From the NCBI RefSeq assembly GCF_009914755.1, contig NC_060937.1: DNA of 64,000 bases. The stretch is one strand, 5' to 3'. Positions 34,101 through 50,970 of the stretch are shown here, one piece after another; the stretch's first letter is position 1, and the number at the start of each line of letters is the position of its first letter. The position numbers were made by a program, and so were the translations under genes. The notes under the pieces were generated by a model. It was given only the letters and a program-made list of their open reading frames with translations. It was not told the DNA's origin and made no database searches. The DNA comes from the human T2T-CHM13v2.0 reference genome, Homo sapiens.

Positions 34101-37100
34101 TACTGTACATAAAATATGAAAGTACATCAAATATATATTTTATTCTGTACATAAAACATCAAAGTACACCAAATATATATTCTATAGTGTACATTAAATA
34201 TCAAAGTACCCAAGCTATACATTATATACTGTACATAAAATATGAAATTACATCAAATATATATTATATTAGGTACATAAAATATGAAAGTACATCAAAT
34301 ATATATTATATACTGTACATAAAATACCAAAGTACCCCAAATTCATATTATATACTGTACATGAAATATCAAAGTTCACAAACTATATATTATATACTGT
34401 ACATAAAATATCAAAGTACCCAAGGTATATATTCTATACTGTACAAAAAATATCAAAGTACCCAAAGCATGTATTATATACTGTACATAAAATATGAAAG
34501 TACATCAAATATATATTTTATTCTGTACATAAAATATCAAAGTACACCAAATATATATTCTATAGTGTACATAAAATATCAAAGTACCCAAACTATACAT
34601 TATATACTGTACATGAAATATGAAATTACATCAAATATATATTATATTAGGTACATAAAATATGAAAGTACATCAAATATAAATTATATACTGTACATAA
34701 AATACCAAAGTACCCCAAATATATATTACATACTGTACATGAAATAGCAAAGTTCACAAACTATATATTTTATACTGTACATAAAATATCAAAGTACCAA
34801 AGGTATATATTCTATACTGTACAAAAAATATAAAAGTACCCAAAACATGTATCATATACTGTACATAAAATATGAAAGTACATCAAATATATATTTTATT
34901 CTGTACATAAAATATCAAAGTACACCAAATATATATTCTATAGTGTACATAAAATATCAAAGTACCCAAACTATACATTTTATACTGTACATAAAATATG
35001 AAATTATATCAAATATATATTACATTAGGTACATAAAATATGAAAGTACATCAAATATAGATTATATACTGTACATAAAATATCAAAGTACCCCAAATAT
35101 ATATTATATACTGTACATGAAATATCAAAGTTCACAAACTATATATTATATACTGTACATAAAATATCAAAGTACCCAAGGTATATATTCTGTACTGTAC
35201 AAAAAATATCAAAGTACCCAAAGCATGTATTATATACTGTACATAAAATATGAAAGTACATCAAATAAATGTTTTATTCTGTACATAAAATATCAAAGTA
35301 CACCAAATATATATTCTACAGTGTACATAAAATATCAAAGTACCCAAACTATACATTATAAACTGTACATAAAATATGAAATTACATCAATATATACTAT
35401 ATTATGTACATAAAATATGAAAGTACATCAAATATAGATTATATACTGTACATAAAATACCAAAGTACACCAAATATATATTTTATACTGTACATGCAAT
35501 ATCAAAGTTCACAAACTATATATTATATACTGTACATAAAATATCAAAGTACCGAAGCTATATATTCTATACTGTACAAAAAATATCAAAGTACCCAAAG
35601 CATGTATTATATACTGTACATAAAATATGAAAGTACATCAAATATATATTTTATTCTGTACATAAAATATCAAAGTACACCAAATATATATTCTATAGTG
35701 TACATAAAATATCAAAGTACCCAAACTATACATTATATACTGTACATAAAATATGAAATTACATCAAATATATATTATATTAGGTACATAAAATATCAAA
35801 GTACATCAAATATAGATTATATACTGTACATAAAATACCAAAGTACCCCAAATACATATTATATACTGTACATTAAATATCAAAGTTCACAAACTATATA
35901 TTATATACTGTACATAAAATACCAAAGTACCCAAGGTATATATTCTATACTGTGCAAAAAATATCAAAGTACCCAAAGCAAGTATTATATACTGTACATA
36001 AAATATGAAAGTATATCAAATATATATTTTATTCTGTACATAAAATATCAAAGTACACCAAATATATATTCTATAGTGTACATAAAATATCAAAATACCC
36101 AAACTATACATTATATACTGTACATAAAATATGAAATTACATCAAATATATATTATATTAGGTACATAAAATATGAAAGTACATCAAATATAAATTATAT
36201 ACTGTACATAAAATACCAAAATACCCCAAATATATATTATATACTGTACATGCAATATCAAAGTTCACAAACTATATATCATATACTGTACATAAAATAT
36301 CAAAGTACCGAAGGTATATATTCTATACTGTACAAAAAATATCAAAGTACCCAAAGCATGTATTATATACTGTACATAAAATATGAAAGTACATCAAATA
36401 TATATTTTATTCTGTACATAAAATATCAAAGTACACCAAATATATATTCTATAGTGTACATAAAATATCAAAGTACCCAAACTATACATTATATACTGTA
36501 CATAAAATATGAAATTACATCAAATATATATTACCTTAGGTACATAAAATATGAAAGTACATCAAATATAGATTATATACTGTACATAAAATATCAAAGT
36601 ATCCCAAATATATATTATATACTGTACATGAAATATCAAAGTTCACAAACTATATGTTATATACTGTACATGAAATATGAAAGTACCCAATGTATATATT
36701 CTATATTGTACAAAAAATATCAAAGTACCCAAAGCATGTATTATATACTGAACATAAAATATGAAAGTACATCAAATATATATTTTATTCTGTACATAAA
36801 ATATCAAAGTACACTAAATATATATTCTATAGTGTACATAAAATATCAAATTACGCAAACTATACATTATATACTGTACATAAAATATGAAATTACATCA
36901 AATATATATTATATTAGGTACATAAAATATGAAAGTACATCAAATATAGATTATATACTGTACATAAAATACCAAAGTACCGCAAATATATATTATATAC
37001 TGTACATGAAATATCAAAGTTCACAAACTATATATTATATACTGTACATAAAATATCAAAGTACCCAAGGTATATATTCTATACTCTACAAAAAATATCA

Positions 37101-40100
37101 AAGTACCCAAAGCGTGTATTATATACGGTACATAAAATATGAATGTACATCAAATATATATTTTATTCTGTACATAAAATATCAAAGTACACTAAATATA
37201 TATTCTATAGTGTACATAAAATATCAAAGTACCCAAACTATACATTATATACTGTACATAAAATGTGAAATTACATCAAATATATATTATATTAGGTACA
37301 TAAAATATGAAAGTACATCAAATATAGATTATATACTGTACATAAAATACCAAAGTACCCCAAATACATATTATATACTGTACATGAAATATCAAAGTTC
37401 ACAAACTATATATTATATACTGTACATAAAATATCAAAGTACCCAAGGTATATATTCTATACTGTGCAAAAAATATCAAAGTACCCAAAGCATGTATTAT
37501 ATACTGTACATAAAATATGAAAGTACATCAAATATATATTTTATTCTGTACATAAAATATCAAAGTACACTAAATATATATTCTATAGTGTACATAAAAT
37601 ATCAAAGTACCCAAACTATACATTATATACTGTACATAAAATGTGAAATTACATCAAATATATATTATATTAGGTACATAAAATATGAAAGTACATCAAA
37701 TATAGAGTATATACTGTACATAAAATACCAAAGTACCCCAAATACATATTATATACTGTACATGAAATATCAAAGTTCACAAACTATATATTATATACAG
37801 TACATAAAATATCAAAGTACCCAAGGTATATATTCTATACTGTACAAAAAATATCAAAGTACCCCAAGCAAGTATTATATACTGTACATAAAATATGAAA
37901 GTACATCAAATATATATTTTATTCTGTCCATAAAGTATCAAAGTACACCAAATATATATTCTATAGTGTACATAAAATATCAAAGTACCCAAACTATACA
38001 TTATATACTGTACATAAAATATGAAATTACATCAAATATATATTATATTAGGTACTTAAAATATGAAAGTACATCAAATATAAATTATATACTGTACATA
38101 AAATACCAAAGTACCCCAAATATATATTATATACTGTACATGCAATATCAAAGTTCACAAACTATTTATCATATACTGTACATAAAATATCAAAGTACCG
38201 AAGGTATATATTCTATAGTGTACAAAAAATATGAAAGTACGCAAAGTATGTATTATACACTGTACATAAAATATGAAAGTACATCAAATATATATTTTAT
38301 TCTGTACATAAAATATCAAAGTACACCAAATATATATTCTATAGTGTACATAAAATATCAAAGTACCCAAACTATACATTATATACAGTACATAAAATAT
38401 GAAATTACATCAAATATATATTATAATAGGTACATAAAATATGAAAGTACATCAAATATAAATTATATACTGTACATAAAATACCACAGAACCCCAAATA
38501 TATATTATATACTGTACATGAAATATCAAAGTTCACAAACTATATATTATATACTGTATATAAAATATCAAAGTACCCAAGGTATATATTCTATACTGTA
38601 CAAAAAATATCAAAGTACCCAAAGCATGTATTATATACTGTTCATAAAATATGAAAGTACATCAAATATATATTTTATTCTGTACATAAAATATCAAAGT
38701 ACAGCAAATATATATTCTATAGTGTACATTAAATATCAAAGTACCCAAACTATACATTATATACTGTACATAAAATATGAAATTACATCAAATATATATT
38801 ATATTAGGTACATAAAATATGAAAGTACATCAAATATAGATTATATACTGTACATAAAATACCAAAGTACCCCAAGTACATATTATATACTGTACATGAA
38901 ATATCAAACTTCACAAACTATATATTATATACTGTACATAAAATATCAAAGTACCCAAGGTATATATTCTATACTGTACAAAAAATATCAAAGTACCCAA
39001 AGCAAGTATTATATACTGTACATAAAATATTAAAGTACATCAAATATATATTTTATTCTGTACATAAAGTATCAAAGTACACCAAATATATATTCTATAG
39101 TGTACATAAAATATCAAAGTACCCAAACTATACATTATATACTGTACATAAAATATGAAATTACATCAAATATATATTATATTAGGTACTTAAAATATGA
39201 AAGTACATCAAATATAAATTATATACTGTACATAAAATACCAAAGTACCCCAAATATATATTATATACTGTACATGCAATATCAAAGTTCACAAACTATA
39301 TATCATATACTGTACATAAAATAGCAAAGTACCGAAAGTATATATTCTATAGTGTACAAAAAATATGAAAGTACGCAAAGCATGTATTATATACTGTACA
39401 TAAAATATTAAAGTACATCAAATATATATTTTATTCTGTACATAAAACATCAAAGTACACCAAATATATATTCTATAGTGTACATAAAATATCAAAGTAC
39501 CAAACTATACGTTATATACAGTACATAAAATATGAAATTACATCAAATATATATTATAATAGGTACATAAAATATGAAAGTACATCAAATATACATTATA
39601 TACTGTACATAAAATACCAAAGAACCCCAAATATATATTATATACTGTACATGAAATATCAAAGTTCACAAACTATATATTATATACTGTATATAAAATA
39701 TCAAAGTACCCAAGGTATATATTCTATACTGTACAAAAAATATCAAAGTACCCAAAGCATGTATTATATACTGTTCATAAAATATGAAAGTACATAAAAT
39801 ATATATTTTATTCTGTACATAAAATATCAAAGTACACCAAATATATATTCTATAGTGTACATAAAATATCAAACTACCCAAACTATACATTATATACTGT
39901 ACATAAAATATGAAATTACATCAAATATATATTATATTAGGTACATAAAATATGAAAGTACATCAAATATAGATTATATACTGTACATAAAATACCAAAG
40001 TACCCCAAATACATATTATATACTGTACATTAAATATCAAAGTTCACAAACTATATATTATATACTGTACATAAAATATCAAAGTACCCAAGGTATATAT

Positions 40101-42199
40101 TCTATACTGTGCAAAAAATATCAAAGTACCCAAAGCAAGTATTATATACTGTACATAAAATATGAAAGTACATCAAATATATATTTTATTCTGTACATAA
40201 TATATCAAAGTACACCAAATATATATTCTATAGTGTACATAAAATATCAAAGTACCCAAACTATACATTATATACTGTACATAAAATATGAAATTACATC
40301 AAATATATATTTCTTTAGGTACATAAAATATGAAAGTACATCAAATATAGATTATATACTGTACATAAAATATCAAAGTACCCCAAATATATATTATATA
40401 CTGTACATGAAATATCAAAGTTCACAAACTATATATTATATACTGTACATAAAATATCAAAGTACCCAAGGTATATATTCTATACTGCACAAAAAATATC
40501 AAAGTACCCAAAGCATGTATTATATACTGTACATAAAATATGAAAGTACATCAAATAAATATTTTATTCTGTACATAAAATATCAAAGTACACCAAATAT
40601 ATATTCTATAGTGTACATAAAATATCAAATTACCCAAACTATACATTATAAACTGTACATAAAATATGAAATTATATCAAATATATACTATATTATGTAC
40701 ATAAAATATGAAAGTACATCAAATATAGATTATATACTGTACATGAAATACCAAAGTACCCCAAATAAATATTTTATACTGTACATGCAATATCAAAGTT
40801 CACAAACTATATATTATATACTGTACATAAAATATCAAAGTACCGAAGGTATATATTCTATACTGTACAAAAAATATCAAAGTACCCAAAGCATGTATTA
40901 TATACTGTACATAAAATAAGAAAGTACATCAAATATATATTTTATTCTGTACATAAAATATCAAAGTACACCAAATATATATTCTATAGTGTACATAAAA
41001 TATCAAAGTACCCAAACTATATATTATATACTGTACATAAAATATGAAATTACATCAAATATATATTATATTAGGTACATTAAATATGAAAGTACATCAA
41101 ATATAAATTATATACAGTACATAAAATACCAAAGTACCCCAAATATATATTATATACTGTACATGCAATATCAAAGTTCACAAACTATATATCATATACT
41201 GTACATAAAATATCAAAGTACCGAAGGTATATATTCTATACTGTACAAAAAATATCAAAGTACGCAAAGCATGTATTATATACTGTACATAAAATATGAA
41301 AGTACATCAAATATATATTTTATTCTGTACATAAAATATCAAAGTACACCAAATATATATTCTATAGTGTACATAAAATATCAAAGTACCCAAACTATAC
41401 ATTACATACTGTACATAAAATATGAAACTACATCAAATATATATTATAATAGGTACATAAAATATGAAAGTACATCAAATATAAATTATATACTGTACAT
41501 AAAATACCAAAGAACACCAAATATATATTATATACTGTACATGAAATATCAAAGTTCACAAACTATATATTATATACTGTATATAAAATATCAAAGTACC
41601 CAAGGTATATATTCTGTACTCTATAAAAAATATCAAAGTACCCAAAGCATGTATTATATACTGTTCATAAAATATGAAAGTACATCAAATATATATTTTA
41701 TTCTGTACATAAAATATCAAAGTACACCAAATATATATTCTATAGTGTACATAAAATATCAAAGTACCCAAACTATACATTATATACTGTACATAAAATA
41801 TGAAATTACATCAAATATATATTATATTAGGTACATAAAATATGAAAGTATATCAAATATAGATTATATACTGTACATAAAATACCAAAGTACCCCAAAT
41901 ACATATTATATACTGTACATGAAATATCAAAGTTCACAAACTATATATTATATACTGTACATAAAATATCAAAGTACCAAAAGTATATATTCTATACTGT
42001 ACAAAAAATATCAAAGTACCCAAAGCATGTATTATATACTGTACATAAAATATGAAAGTACATCAAATATATATTTTATTCTGTACATAAAATATCAAAG
42101 TACACCAAATATATATTCTATAGTGTACATAAAATATCAAAGTACACAAACTATACATTATATACTGTACATAAAATATGAAATTACATCAAATATATA

Positions 42200-45100
42200 T
42201 TATATTAGGTACATAAAATATGAAAGTACATCAAATATATATTATATACTCTACATAAAATACCAAAGTACCCCAAATACATATTATATACTGTACATGC
42301 AATATCAAAGTTCACACACTATATATTATATACTGTACATAAAATATCAAAGTACCGAAGCTATATATTCTATACTGTACAAAAAATATCAAAGTACCCA
42401 AAGCATGTATTATATACTGTACATAAAATATGAAAGTACATCAAATATATATTTAATTCTGTACATAAAATATCAAAGTACACCAAATATATATTCTATA
42501 GTGTACATAAAATATCAAAGTACCCAAACTATACATTATATACTGTACATAAAATATGAAATTACATCAAATATATATTACATTAGGTACATAAAATATG
42601 AAAGTACATCAAATATAGATTATATACTGTACATAAAATACCAAAGTACCCCAAATACATATTATATACTGTACATGCAATATCAAAGTTCACAAACTAT
42701 ATATTATATACTGTACATAAAATATCAAAGCACCCAAGGTATATATTCTATACTGTACAAAAAATATAAAAGTACCCAAAACATGTATTATATACTGTAC
42801 ATAAAATATGAAAGTACATCAAATATATATTTTATTCTGTACATAAAATATCAAAGTACACCAAATATATATTCTATAGTGTACATAAAATATCAAAGTA
42901 CCCAAACTATACATTATATACTGTACATAAAATATGAAATTACATCAAATATATATTATAATAGGTACATAAAATATGAAAGTACATCAAATATAAATTA
43001 TGTACTGTACATAAAATACCAAAGAACCCCAAATATATATTATATACTGTACATGAAATATCAAAGTTCACAAACTATATATTATATACTGTATATAAAA
43101 TATCAAAGTACCCAAGGTATATATTCTATACTGTACAAAAAATATCAAAGTACCCAAAGCATGTATTATATACTGTTCATAAAATATGAAAGTACATCAA
43201 ATATATATTTTATTCTGTACATAAAATATCAAAGTACACCAAATATATATTCTATAGTGTACATTAAATATCAAAGTACCCAAACTATACATTGTATACT
43301 GTACATAAAATATGAAATTACAACAAATATATATTATATTAGGTACATAAAGTATGAAAGTACATCAAATATAGATTATATACTGTACATAAAATACCAA
43401 AGTACCCCAAATACATATTATATACTGTACATGAAATATCAAAGTTCACAAACTATATATTATATACTGTACATAAAATATCAAAGTACCGAAGGTATAT
43501 ATTCTATACTGTACAAAAAATATCAAAGTACCCAAAGCATGTATTATATACTGTACATAAAATATGAAAGTACATCAAATATATATTTTATTTTGTACAT
43601 AAAATATCAGTATACCAAATATATATTCTATAGTGTACTTAAAATATCAAAGTACCCAAACTGTACACTACATACTGTACATAAAATATGAAATTACATC
43701 AAATATATATTATATTAGGTACATAAAATATGAAAGTACATCAACTATAAATTATATACTGTACATAAAATACCAAAGTACCCCAAATATATATTATATA
43801 CTGTACATAAAATATCAAAGTACCGAAAGTATATATTCTATACTGTACAAAAAATATCAAAGTACCCAAAGCATGTATTATATACTGTACATAAATTATG
43901 AAAGTACATCAAATATATATTTTATTCTGTACATAAAATATCAAAGTACACCAAATATATATTCTATAGTGTACATTAAATATCAAAGTACCCAAACTAT
44001 ACATTATATACTGTACATAAAATATGAAATTACATCAAATATATATTATATTAGGTACATAAAATATGAAAGTACATCAAATATATATTATATACTCTAC
44101 ATAAAATACCAAAGTACCCCAAATACATATTATATACTGTACATGCAATATCAAAGTTCACACACTATATATTATATACTGTACATAAAATATCAAAGTA
44201 CCGAAGCTATATATTCTATACTGTACAAAAAATATCAAAGTACCCAAAGCATGTATTATATACTGTACATAAAATATGAAAGTACATCAAATATATATTT
44301 AATTCTGTACATAAAATATCAAAGTACACCAAATATATATTCTATAGTGTACATAAAATAAGAAAGTACCCAAACTATACATTATATACTGTACATAAAA
44401 TATGAAATTATATCAAATATATATTACATTAGGTAAATAAAATATGAAAGTACATCAAATATAGATTATATACTGTACATAAAATACCAAAGTACCCCAA
44501 ATACATATTATATACTGTACATGCAATATCAAAGTTCACAAACTATATATTATATACTGTACATAAAATATCAAAGCACCCAAGGTATATATTCTATACT
44601 GTACAAAAAATATAAAAGTACCCAAAACATGTATTATATACTGTACATAAAATATGAAAGTACATCAAATATATATTTTATTCTGTACATAAAATATCAA
44701 AGTACACCAAATATATATTCTATAGTGTACATAAAATATCAAAGTACCCAAACTATACATTATATACTGTACATAAAATATGAAATTACATCAAATATAT
44801 ATTATAATAGGTACATAAAATATGAAAGTACATCAAATATAAATTATGTACTGTACATAAAATACCAAAGAACCCCAAATATATATTATATACTGTACAT
44901 GAAATATCAAAGTTCACAAACTATATATTATATACTGTATATAAAATATCAAAGTACCCAAGGTATATATTCTATACTGTACAAAAAATATCAAAGTACC
45001 CAAAGCATGTATTATATACTGTACATAAAATATGAAAGTACATCAAATATATATTTTATTTTGTACATAAAATATCAGTATACCAAATATATATTCTATA

Positions 45101-45370
45101 GTGTACTTAAAATATCAAAGTACCCAAACTGTACACTACATACTGTACATAAAATATGAAATTACATCAAATATATATTATATTAGGTACATAAAATATG
45201 AAAGTACATCAACTATAATTTATATACTGTACATAAAATACCAAAGTACCCCAAATATATATTATATACTGTACATAAAATATCAAAGTACTGAAAGTAT
45301 ATAGTCTATACTGTACAAAAAATATCAAAGTACCCAAAGCATGTATTATATACTGTACATAAATTATGAA
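42200..45370 (+). repeat. Imperfect tandem duplication (offsets 1846 then 1468) carrying an 8-mer HOR variant
   Basis: ORF starts 43633/45101 differ by 1468 (4x378-44). The ttcacacact and aaagcacccaa variants differ by 1846 (5x378-44). Both copies have a 2-bp deletion (tatcagtatacc) and lack monomer E. Confidence 0.83.
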
Positions 45371-47599
45371 AGTACATCAAATATATATTTTATTCTGTAC
45401 ATAAAATATCAAAGTACACCAAATATATACTCTATAGTGTACATAAAATATCAAAGTACCCAAACTATACATTATATACTGTACATAAAATATGAAATTA
45501 CATCAAATATATATTATAATAGGTACATAAAATATGAAAGTACATCAAATATAAATTATATACTGTACATAAAATACCAAAGAACCCCAAATATATATTA
45601 TATACTGTACATGAAATATCAAAGTTCACAAACTATATATTATATACTGTATATAAAATATCAAAGTACCCAAGGTATATATTCTATACTGTACAAAAAA
45701 TATCAAAGTACCCAAAGCATGTATTATATACTGTTCATAAAATATGAAAGTATATCAAATATATATTTTATTCTGTACATAAAATATCAAAGTACGCCAA
45801 ATATATATTCTATAGTGTACATTAAATATCAATGTATCCAAACTATACATTATATACTGTACATAATATATGAAATTACATCAAATATATATTATATTAG
45901 GTACATAAAATATGAAAGTACATCAAATATAGATTATATACTCTACATAAAATACCAAAGTACCCCAAATACATATTATATACTGTACATGAAATATCAA
46001 AGTTCACAAACTATATATTATATACTGTACATAAAATATCAAAGTACCAAAAGTATATATTCTATACTGTACAAAAAATATCAAAGTACCCAAAGCATGT
46101 ATTATATACTGTACATAAAATATGAATGTACATCAAATATATATTTTATTCTGTACATAAAATATCAAAGTACACCAAATATATATTCTATAGTGTACAT
46201 AAAATATCAAAGTACCCAAACTATACATTATATACTGCACATAAAATATGAAATTACATCAAATATATATTATATTAGGTACATAAAATATGAAAGTACA
46301 TCAAATATATATTATATACTCTACATAAAATACCAAAGTACCCCAAATACATATTATATACTGTACATGCAATATCAAAGTTCACACACTATATATTATA
46401 TACTGTACATAAAATATCAAAGTACCGAAGCTATATATTCTATACTGTACAAAAAATATCAAAGTACCCAAAGCATGTATCATATACTGTACATAAAATA
46501 TGAAAGTACATCAAATATATATTTAATTCTGTACATAAAATATCAAAGTACACCAAATATATATTCTATAGTGTACATAAAATATCAAAGTACCCAAACT
46601 ATACATTATATACTGTACATAAAATATGAAATTACATCAAATATATATTACATTAGGTACATAAAATATGAAAGTACATCAAATATAGATTATATACTGT
46701 ACATAAAATACCAAAGTACCCCAAATACATATTATATACTGTACATGCAATATCAAAGTTCACAAACTATATATTATATACTGTAAATAAAATATCAAAG
46801 TACCCAAGGTATATATTCTATACTCTACAAAAAATATCAAACTACGCAAAGCATGTATTTTATACTGTACATAAAATATGAAAGTACATCAAATATATAT
46901 TTTATTCTGTACATAATATATCAAAGTACACCAAATATATATTCTATAGTGTACATAAAATATCAAAGTACCCAAACTATACATTATATCCTGTACATAA
47001 AATATGAAATTACATCAAATATATATTATAATAGGTACATAAAATATGAAAGTACATCAAATATAAATTATATACTGTACATAAAATACCAAAGAACCCC
47101 AAATATATATTATATACTGTACATGAAATATCAAAGTTCACAAACTATATATTATATACTGTATATAAAATATCAAAGTACCCAAGGTATATATTCTATA
47201 CTGTACAAAAAATATCAAAGTACCCAAAGCATGTATTATATACTGTTCATAAAATATGAAATTACATCAAATATATATTTTATTCTGTACATAAAATATC
47301 AAAGTACACCAAATATATATTCTATAGTGTACATTAAATATCAAAGTACCCAAACTATACATTATATACTGTACATAAAATATGAAATTACATCAAATAT
47401 ATATTATATTAGGTACATAAAATATGAAAGTACATCAAATATAGATTATATACTGTACATAAAATACCAAAGTACCCCAAATACATATTATATACTGTAC
47501 ATGAAATATCAAAGTTCACAAACTATATATTATATACTGTACATAAAATATCAAAGTACCAAAAGTATATATTCTATACTGTACAAAAAATATCAAAGT

Positions 47600-50500
47600 A
47601 CCCAAAGCATGTATTATATACTGTACATAAAATATGAAAGTACATCAAATATATATTTTATTCTGTACATAAAATATCAAAGTACACCAAATATATATTC
47701 TATAGTGTACATAAAATATCAAAGTACCCCAAATATACATTATATACTGTACATAAAATATGATATTACATCAAATATATATTATATTAGGTACATAAAA
47801 TATGAAAGTGCATCAAATATATATTATATACTCTACATAAAATACCAAAGTACCCCAAATACATATTATATACTGTACATGCAATATCAAAGTTCACACA
47901 CTATATATTATATACTGTACATAAAATATCAAAGTACCGAAGCTATATATTCTATACTGTACAAAAAATATCAAAGTACCCAAAGCATGTATTATATACT
48001 GTACATAAAATATGAAAGTACATCAAATATATATTTAATTCTGTACATAAAATATCAAAGTACACCAAATATATATTCTATAGTGTACATAAAATATCAA
48101 ATTACCCAAACTATACATTATATACTGTACATAAAACATGAAATTACATCAAATATATATTATATTAGGTACATAAAATATGAAGGTACATCAAATATAG
48201 ATTATATACTGTACATAAAATACCAAAGTACCCCAAATATATATTATATACTGTACATGAAATATCAAAGTTCACAAACTATATATTATATACTGTATAT
48301 AAAATATCAAAGTACCCAAGGTATATATTCTATACTGTACAAAAAATATCAAAGTACCCAAAGCATGTATTATATACTGTTCATAAAATATGAAAGTACA
48401 TCAAATATATATTTTATTCTGTACATAAAATATCAAAGTACACCAAATATATATTCTATAGTGTACATTAAATATCAAAGTACCCAAACTATACATTATA
48501 TACTGTACATAAAATATGAAATTACATCAAATATATATTATATTAGGTACATAAAATATGAAAGTACATCAAATATAGATTATATACTGTACATAAAATA
48601 CCAAAGTACCCCAAGTACATATTATATACTGTACATGAAATATCAAAGTTCACAAACTATATATTATATACTGTACATAAAATATCAAAGTACCCAAGGT
48701 ATATATTCTATACTGTACAAAAAATATCAAAGTACCCAAAGCAAGTATTATATACTGTACATAAAATATGAAAGTACATCAAATATATATTTTATTCTGT
48801 ACATAAAGTATCAAAGTACACCAAATATATATTCTATAGTGTACATAAAATATCAAAGTACCCAAACTATACATTATATACTGTACATAAAATATGAAAT
48901 TACATCAAATATATATTATATTAGGTACTTAAAATATGAAAGTACATCAAATATAAATTATATACTGTACATAAAATACCAAAGTACCCCAAATATATAT
49001 TATATACTGTACATGCAATATCAAAGTTCACAAACTATATATCATATACTGTACATAAAATATCAAAGTACCGAAAGTATATATTCTATACTGTACAAAA
49101 AATATCAAAGTACCCAAAGCATGTATTATATACTGTACATAAATTATGAAAGTACATCAAATATATATTTTATTCTGTACATAAAATATCAAAGTACACC
49201 AAATATATACTCTATAGTGTACATAAAATATCAAAGTACCCAAACTATACATTATATACTGTACATAAAATATGAAATTACATCAAATATATATTATAAT
49301 AGGTACATAAAATATGAAAGTACATCAAATATAAATTATATACTGTACATAAAATACCAAAGAACCCCAAATATATATTATATACTGTACATGAAATATC
49401 AAAGTTCACAAACTATATATTATATACTGTATATAAAATATCAAAGTACCCAAGGTATATATTCTATACTGTACAAAAAATATCAAAGTACCCAAAGCAT
49501 GTATTATATACTGTTCATAAAATATGAAAGTACATCAAATATATATTTTATTCTGTACATAAAATATCAAAGTACGCCAAATATATATTCTATAGTGTAC
49601 ATTAAATATCAAAGTATCCAAACTATACATTATATACTGTACATAAAATATGAAATTACATCAAATATATATTATATTAGGTACATAAAATATGAAAGTA
49701 CATCAAATATAGATTATATACTGTACATAAAATACCAAAGTACCCCAAATACATATTATATACTGTACATGAAATATCAAAGTTCACAAACTATATATTA
49801 TATACTGTACATAAAATATCAAAGTACCAAAAGTATATATTCTATACTGTACAAAAAATATCAAAGTACCCAAAGCATGTATTACATACTGTACATAAAA
49901 TATGAAAGTACATCAAATATATATTTTATTCTGTACATAAAATATCAAAGTACACCAAATATATATTCTATAGTGTACATAAAATATCAAAGTACCCAAA
50001 ATATACATTATATACTGTACATAAAATATGATATTACATCAAATATATATTATATTAGGTACATAAAATATGAAAGTGCATCAAATATATATTATATACT
50101 CTACATAAAATACCAAAGTACCCCAAATACATATTATATACTGTACATGCAATATCAAAGTTCACAGACTATATATTATATACTGTACATAAAATATCAA
50201 AGTACCGAAGCTATATATTCTATACTGTACAAAAAATATCAAAGTACCCAAAGCATGTATTATATACTGTACATAAAATATGAAAGTACATCAAATATAT
50301 ATTTAATTCTGTACATAAAATATCAAAGTACACCAAATATATATTCTATAGTGTACATAAAATATCAAATTACCCAAACTATACATTATATACTGTACAT
50401 AAAACATGAAATTACATCAAATATATATTATATTAGGTACATAAAATATGAAGGTACATCAAATATAGATTATATACTGTACATAAAATACCAAAGTACC

Positions 50501-50970
50501 GCAAATATATATTATATACTGTACATGAAATATCAAAGTTCACAAACTATATATTATATACTGTATATAAAATATCAAAGTACCCAAGGTATATATTCTA
50601 TACTGTACAAAAAATATCAAAGTACCCAAAGCATGTATTATATACTGTTCATAAAATATGAAAGTACATCAAATATATGTTTTATTCTGTACATAAAATA
50701 TCAAAGTACACCAAATATATATTCTATAGTGTACATTAAATATCAAAGTACCCAAACTATACATTATATACTGTACATAAAATATGAAATTACATCAAAT
50801 ATATATTATATTAGGTACATAAAATATGAAAGTACATCAAATATAGATTATATACTGTACATAAAATATCAAAGTACCCCAAGTACATATTATATACTGT
50901 ACATGAAATATCAAAGTTCACAAACTATATATTATATACTGTACATAAAATATCAAAGTACCCAAGGTAT
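47600..50970 (+). repeat. Duplication, offset 2268 bp (6 HOR units)
   Basis: tgatattaca at 47761/50029, aagtgcatc at ~47806/50074 and tgaaggtaca at 48181/50449, plus shared ccaagtacat. Confidence 0.87.
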
